Below, one piece after another: positions 12,780 through 16,437 of a DNA stretch of 16,437 bases; the stretch's first letter is position 1, and each line of letters starts with the position of its first letter. The notes below the pieces were generated by a model, which saw only the letters and a list, made by a program, of their open reading frames with translations, did no database searches and was not told the DNA's origin. The stretch spans positions 513,303 to 529,739 of the forward strand of contig CAID01000010.2 in the NCBI GenBank assembly GCA_000214015.2, written 5' to 3'. This DNA comes from Ostreococcus tauri. Taxonomy: Eukaryota. A program made the translations under genes and the position numbers.

Positions 12780-15700
12780 TCATGCGGTTTGCGCAACCGC
12801 GACTTCGACCGCCGCGCGAGAAGCGACGAGGTTTCTGTCGCCGTACACATCGTCTATACGAGAGGTTTGCGGCCAGAACTTGTGCGCGCGAGTCCACGGA
12901 GCCGGGAAGGCACCGAGATCGCGCGGGTACGGTCGATCCCATTCCTTGCCGGTGACGGCGGACGCCGTGTGCGGAGCGTGCTTGAGCATGTTGTTCTCCT
13001 TGGACATCTTGCCCTCCTCGATGTCCCGGATTTCGCCGCGGATGGCGATGAGAGCGTCGCAGAATCGGTCGAGCTCGGCCTTGGATTCGGACTCGGTCGG
13101 CTCGATCATGAGCGTACCGGCGACCGGCCAAGACATGGTCGGGGAGTGGAAACCGTAATCCATCAAACGCTTCGCAATGTCCGCGACTTCAACACCCGTA
13201 GCATCCTTGATAGGTCGCATGTCGAGAATGAACTCGTGCGCGCACGTGTTGTTCTTACCGGTGAAAAGAACCGGGTAGTAATCCTCGAGACGCTTGGACA
13301 TGTAGTTGGCGTTGAGAATGGCACGCTTGGACGCGTTGGTCAAGCCCTCGGAACCCATCATGGAGATGTACGCGTAAGAGATCGGCAAGATCAACGCCGA
13401 GCCATATGGCGCGGCGGAGACGGTACCGAACGGCTTATCACCACCCACAGCGATCGCACCGTCCTTCATGGTCGGGTGATCTGGCATGAACGGGGCTAAG
13501 TGCGCCTTAACACCGATCGGGCCCATGCCCGGACCGCCACCACCGTGCGGAATGCAGAAAGTCTTGTGCAAGTTCAAGTGGCACACGTCGGCACCGATGA
13601 AGCCCGGAGACGTCAAGCCGACTTGAGCGTTCATGTTGGCACCGTCCATGTACACTTGACCGCCATGCTTGTGAATGGTGTCGCAGACTTCCTTGATGGA
13701 GTCTTCGTACACGCCGTGCGTGGACGGATACGTAACCATGAGCGCAGCCAAGTTGGCCGAGTGCTTCTCGGCCGCAGCCTTAAGTTCTTCGACGTTGATG
13801 TTACCCTTGCTGTCGGTACCGATGACAACAATCTTCATACCGCACATGGCTGCAGACGCCGGGTTGGTACCGTGCGCGGACACCGGGATGATGCACACGT
13901 CACGGTGGTCGTCACCGCGAGACTGGTGGTAGGCGCGAATCGCCATCAAACCGGCGTATTCACCCGAGGCACCGGAGTTCGGCTGGAGAGACATAGCGTC
14001 GAAGCCAGTGATCTCGCAGAGTTGCATCTCGAGATCACGGAACATCTCTTGGTAGCCAAGGGACTGGTCCTTTGGCGCGAACGGGTGAATGTTCGCGAGC
14101 TCTGGCCAGGTGATCGGGATCATCTCCGACGTCGCGTTAAGCTTCATCGTGCACGATCCGAGGGCAATCATGGAGTGCACCAAGGAGAGATCCTTCTCCT
14201 CCAAGCGCTTGAGGTAGCGCACCATCTCGTGTTCGCTGTGGTACTGGTTGAAGATTGGGTGCGTCATGTACGAAGACGTACGCTCCATCGGGATTGAAGT
14301 GTTGACGCTTGGGGCGATTTGCTCGACGGTCGGCGCGGTAGCACCGCCGGCGAACGCCTTGAAGAGGTCATCGACGTCTTGGATCGTGGTGACTTCATCG
14401 AACGCCAAGGAGACGTGATCGGCATCCATCTTACGGATGTTGATGCCCGCGGATTCGCATGCCTTGACGACAGCGTCAGCACCGCTCGGGCACTTCAAAG
14501 TGATCGTGTCGAAGAACTCCGGAGTGACGTTCTTGAAACCGAGCTTTTCGGCACCAGCAGCGAAGACACCGGCGAAGTTGTGCGCGCGGGTCGCGATATC
14601 CTTCAAGCCCTGCGGGCCGTGGTACACACCATACATGGCAGCCATGTTGGCCAACAAGGCTTGCGCGGTGCAGATGTTGGACGTCGCCTTGTCGCGGCGA
14701 ATGTGCTGTTCACGCGTTTGCATAGCCATACGAAGCGCTGGATTACCCTCGGAGTCGATCGATTCGCCGATGATACGACCTGGCATGAGACGCTTGTCGT
14801 CGTGGTTGGTGGCCAAGAAGGCGGCGTGCGGGCCACCGAAGCCCATCGGCACGCCGAATCGTTGGGAGGAACCGACGACGATGTCGGCACCCCACTCGCC
14901 CGGCGGTTGCAACACGGTGAGTGAGAGCAAGTCAGCCGCGGCGACGACGCGGATACCACTGGCGTGCGCCTTGGCAACGATCGGCTTGTAGTCGATGACG
15001 GCACCGTTGGTCGCCGGGTATTGCACGAGCACACCGCACACGTCCTTGGCGGTATAATCGAAAGAGTTTTCGTCGCCAACAATCGCTTCGAGGCCCAAGC
15101 CCTCGGCGCGAGTCTTGACGACCGAGATCGTTTGCGGGTGGCACTTGTCGGAGACGTAGAACTTCGGCTTCTTACCGCGGTTCAGCGCGGAGCACATCGT
15201 CATGGCCTCGGCGGCGGCGGTTCCCTCGTCCAATAGAGAAGAGTTCGAGAGCGGCATGCCGGTCAAATCGGTAATCATCGTTTGGAAGTTCATCAAGGAC
15301 TCAAGACGACCTTGGGACGCTTCGGCTTGGTACGGAGTGTACTGCGTGTACCAGCCCGGGTTCTCCAAGATATTACGCAAGATCACCGGCGGCACGTGCG
15401 TGCCGTGGTACCCGGCACCGATGTACGTCTTGTAAACCTTGTTCTTGCCAGCGATGTCCTTCATCTTCGCGAGGAACTCGCTCTCCGTGAGCGGCTCGGT
15501 GTACTTGCCCATGTCCATGAGCTTCGGCAAGCGAATGTTCGTCGGCACCGTGGCGTCGATGAGCGCGTCGATGTTCTCGAATCCCACAACCTTACACATT
15601 TCAGCCACTTCTTCCTCCGTACCGCTGTTGTGTCGTCGTTCGAACGTATCCAGCGGCTTCAGAGACGCCGCGCTCACGTTTCGCGCGCTCATCGCGTTCG

Positions 15701-15920
15701 CGCCCCCTCGCGCGCGCGCCAGCATCGTCGCCGTCGCCGCGCCTTCCCGTCGACCGACACCGCGCGCGACGCCACGCATACCGCGCACCGCGTGCGCGCA
15801 CCGCACCGGGTCGTTCGCCTCTCGCACCGTCGTGGGCATCGTCGATGCCTCCGTTCGCACCCCCTGGGCGCCAGCCGTCGCCCATCGGCGCGCCGCGTCG
15901 ACGACGCGTCGTCGAAACAT
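12780..15920 (-). CDS. GLDP: Glycine dehydrogenase (decarboxylating), glycine cleavage system P-protein, mitochondrial precursor
   Basis: The 1046-aa product is colinear with plant and bacterial P-protein. Matching blocks: [68 protein letters not shown], and the PLP-lysine block [30 protein letters not shown] (Lys codon 13563-13565). The C-terminus is DRNLV...AVAQTA. Track ORF 12780..16418 is an artificial 166-codon extension. The first in-frame ATG downstream of the neighbouring gene is at 15918-15920 ([13 protein letters not shown]..., presequence-like). An alternative start, MLARARGG..., is at 15725. The stop is at 12780-12782. Confidence 0.95.
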   Translation of the reverse strand: MFRRRVVDAARRWATAGAQGVRTEASTMPTTVREANDPVRCAHAVRGMRGVARGVGRREGAATATMLARARGGANAMSARNVSAASLKPLDTFERRHNSGTEEEVAEMCKVVGFENIDALIDATVPTNIRLPKLMDMGKYTEPLTESEFLAKMKDIAGKNKVYKTYIGAGYHGTHVPPVILRNILENPGWYTQYTPYQAEASQGRLESLMNFQTMITDLTGMPLSNSSLLDEGTAAAEAMTMCSALNRGKKPKFYVSDKCHPQTISVVKTRAEGLGLEAIVGDENSFDYTAKDVCGVLVQYPATNGAVIDYKPIVAKAHASGIRVVAAADLLSLTVLQPPGEWGADIVVGSSQRFGVPMGFGGPHAAFLATNHDDKRLMPGRIIGESIDSEGNPALRMAMQTREQHIRRDKATSNICTAQALLANMAAMYGVYHGPQGLKDIATRAHNFAGVFAAGAEKLGFKNVTPEFFDTITLKCPSGADAVVKACESAGINIRKMDADHVSLAFDEVTTIQDVDDLFKAFAGGATAPTVEQIAPSVNTSIPMERTSSYMTHPIFNQYHSEHEMVRYLKRLEEKDLSLVHSMIALGSCTMKLNATSEMIPITWPELANIHPFAPKDQSLGYQEMFRDLEMQLCEITGFDAMSLQPNSGASGEYAGLMAIRAYHQSRGDDHRDVCIIPVSAHGTNPASAAMCGMKIVVIGTDSKGNINVEELKAAAEKHSANLAALMVTYPSTHGVYEDSIKEVCDTIHKHGGQVYMDGANMNAQVGLTSPGFIGADVCHLNLHKTFCIPHGGGGPGMGPIGVKAHLAPFMPDHPTMKDGAIAVGGDKPFGTVSAAPYGSALILPISYAYISMMGSEGLTNASKRAILNANYMSKRLEDYYPVLFTGKNNTCAHEFILDMRPIKDATGVEVADIAKRLMDYGFHSPTMSWPVAGTLMIEPTESESKAELDRFCDALIAIRGEIRDIEEGKMSKENNMLKHAPHTASAVTGKEWDRPYPRDLGAFPAPWTRAHKFWPQTSRIDDVYGDRNLVASRAAVEVAVAQTA

Positions 15921-16323
15921 GTCCACCCGAGACGCGACGGCGGTGATGCGGGGAAGACGCGAGGTCGTGCGCGCGCCGAGGTCGGGACGTCGACGGAGCG
16001 ACGCGCGCGACGGGATGGCGAACGAATGGATTATCCAAAAGACACGAGATCGACGTCGACCGGTGAAATGAGGGGGCCTGAGGCGGATGGGATCGAACGC
16101 GCGGACGACGACGGCGACGGAGACGGGAGGGATGGGTGCGCGCGATGGCGACGTGATGTCGATCGCGTGGGAATTACATCGTGGGTTCGACGCGCGAGAT
16201 GGGACGGCGGCGAGGTGGGGACGTCGGGCGAATGGATATCGCGCGGCGAACGACGGACGTCGCGCGGATGGTTGCGCCGCGAGAGGACGTCGTCGTCGGA
16301 TGAGGTTCGGTCGACGCACGCGC

Positions 16324-16437
16324 TCACGGCGGTACCGGGACGCCGTCGAGCTTGGCCTGTAATATTTTATCCACCAGGGTTGGATTCGCGCGGCCACCGC
16401 TCGCCTTGAGACAGGCACCGACGAAGAAACCTTTGAG
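16324..16437 (-). CDS. 3' end of a gene truncated by the window edge (not in the ORF track), possibly the C-terminus of a thioredoxin-fold protein
   Basis: Translating the minus strand from base 16437 gives [37 protein letters not shown], with stop TGA at 16324-16326. The spacing FF-x11-AN-x3-hydrophobic-x3-hydrophobic mirrors the thioredoxin C-terminus, for example human TXN [23 protein letters not shown]. Only 37 codons are visible, so the evidence is weak. Confidence 0.3.
   Translation of the reverse strand, partial: LKGFFVGACLKASGGRANPTLVDKILQAKLDGVPVPP

Noticed and set aside
16183-16190. GGGTTCGA, a tRNA T-loop-like motif in the GLDP upstream region
   Set aside because: The flanking bases cannot form a T-stem (gtggg versus cgcga), and no acceptor or anticodon arms can be drawn. 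It is not a tRNA.
12708-16409. Plus-strand ORFs antisense to GLDP (12708..13499, 13500..14297, 14319..14924, 14437..14991, 15282..16409)
   Set aside because: The minus strand encodes a full-length, motif-perfect P-protein. The antisense translations have no recognisable motifs and a skewed composition rich in R, V, H, G and D.
15921-16418. 166-codon N-terminal extension of the GLDP ORF given in the track (start at 16418)
   Set aside because: The extension is Arg-, Pro- and Ser-rich and contains no internal Met. Its ATG lies inside, and out of frame with, the probable 3' end of the neighbouring gene (16324-16437). Plant-type GLDP length is matched by the 15920 start.
1-16437. A prokaryotic reading of the window: operons, a defence island, CRISPR, mobile elements or a novel 'system'
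   Set aside because: The gene content is eukaryotic, including a 20S proteasome alpha type-3, a RING-H2 protein, THUMPD1-like, transit- or presequence-bearing HCF164 and GLDP, and an RDEL tail. There are no repeat-spacer arrays, inverted terminal repeats, integrase or transposase ORFs, or Shine-Dalgarno-linked co-oriented gene blocks. Functionally unrelated housekeeping genes alternate in orientation. I found no evidence for a coherent multi-gene system.

Overview
By eye the window is about two-thirds G+C, very CpG-rich, apparently intron-free and extremely gene-dense. It reads as eukaryotic nuclear DNA, not a prokaryotic locus. The gene content is plant-type glycine decarboxylase P-protein, thylakoid thioredoxin-like HCF164 with its WCEVC motif, 20S proteasome alpha type-3, a RING-H2 protein and a THUMPD1/Tan1-like protein. 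Together with intergenic spacers of 20-400 bp, this points to a green picoalga of the prasinophyte/Mamiellophyceae type (Micromonas/Ostreococcus-like). The taxon is inference only. I model 12 complete genes plus 2 edge-truncated ones, about 85% coding under my coordinates. I see no rRNA, tRNA, CRISPR array, transposon or prokaryotic-style defence or operon system. The supplied ORF track is prokaryote-style: GTG and similar codons are shown as M. Several starts therefore had to be moved to the first plausible ATG, and many long Arg-, Ser- or Ala-rich ORFs are antisense or off-frame artefacts of the high GC. The items most worth a second look are listed here.
- A helically phased 10-bp tandem repeat with palindromes sits in a 200-bp bidirectional promoter (9333-9532).
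- A predicted type-I membrane protein has all 16 ectodomain cysteines as vicinal CC doublets.
- A secreted protein carries two divergent beta-sandwich-like repeats, each ending in LCPGCxLRGxG.
- A bacterial-type MsrP/YedY-like molybdopterin domain carries a C-terminal membrane anchor.
- A GH18 chitinase-like protein has an RDEL C-terminus.
- Gene spacing is extremely tight: 39 nt between two same-strand genes and 20 nt between two convergent genes.
All functional calls rest on remembered family motifs, not on searches.
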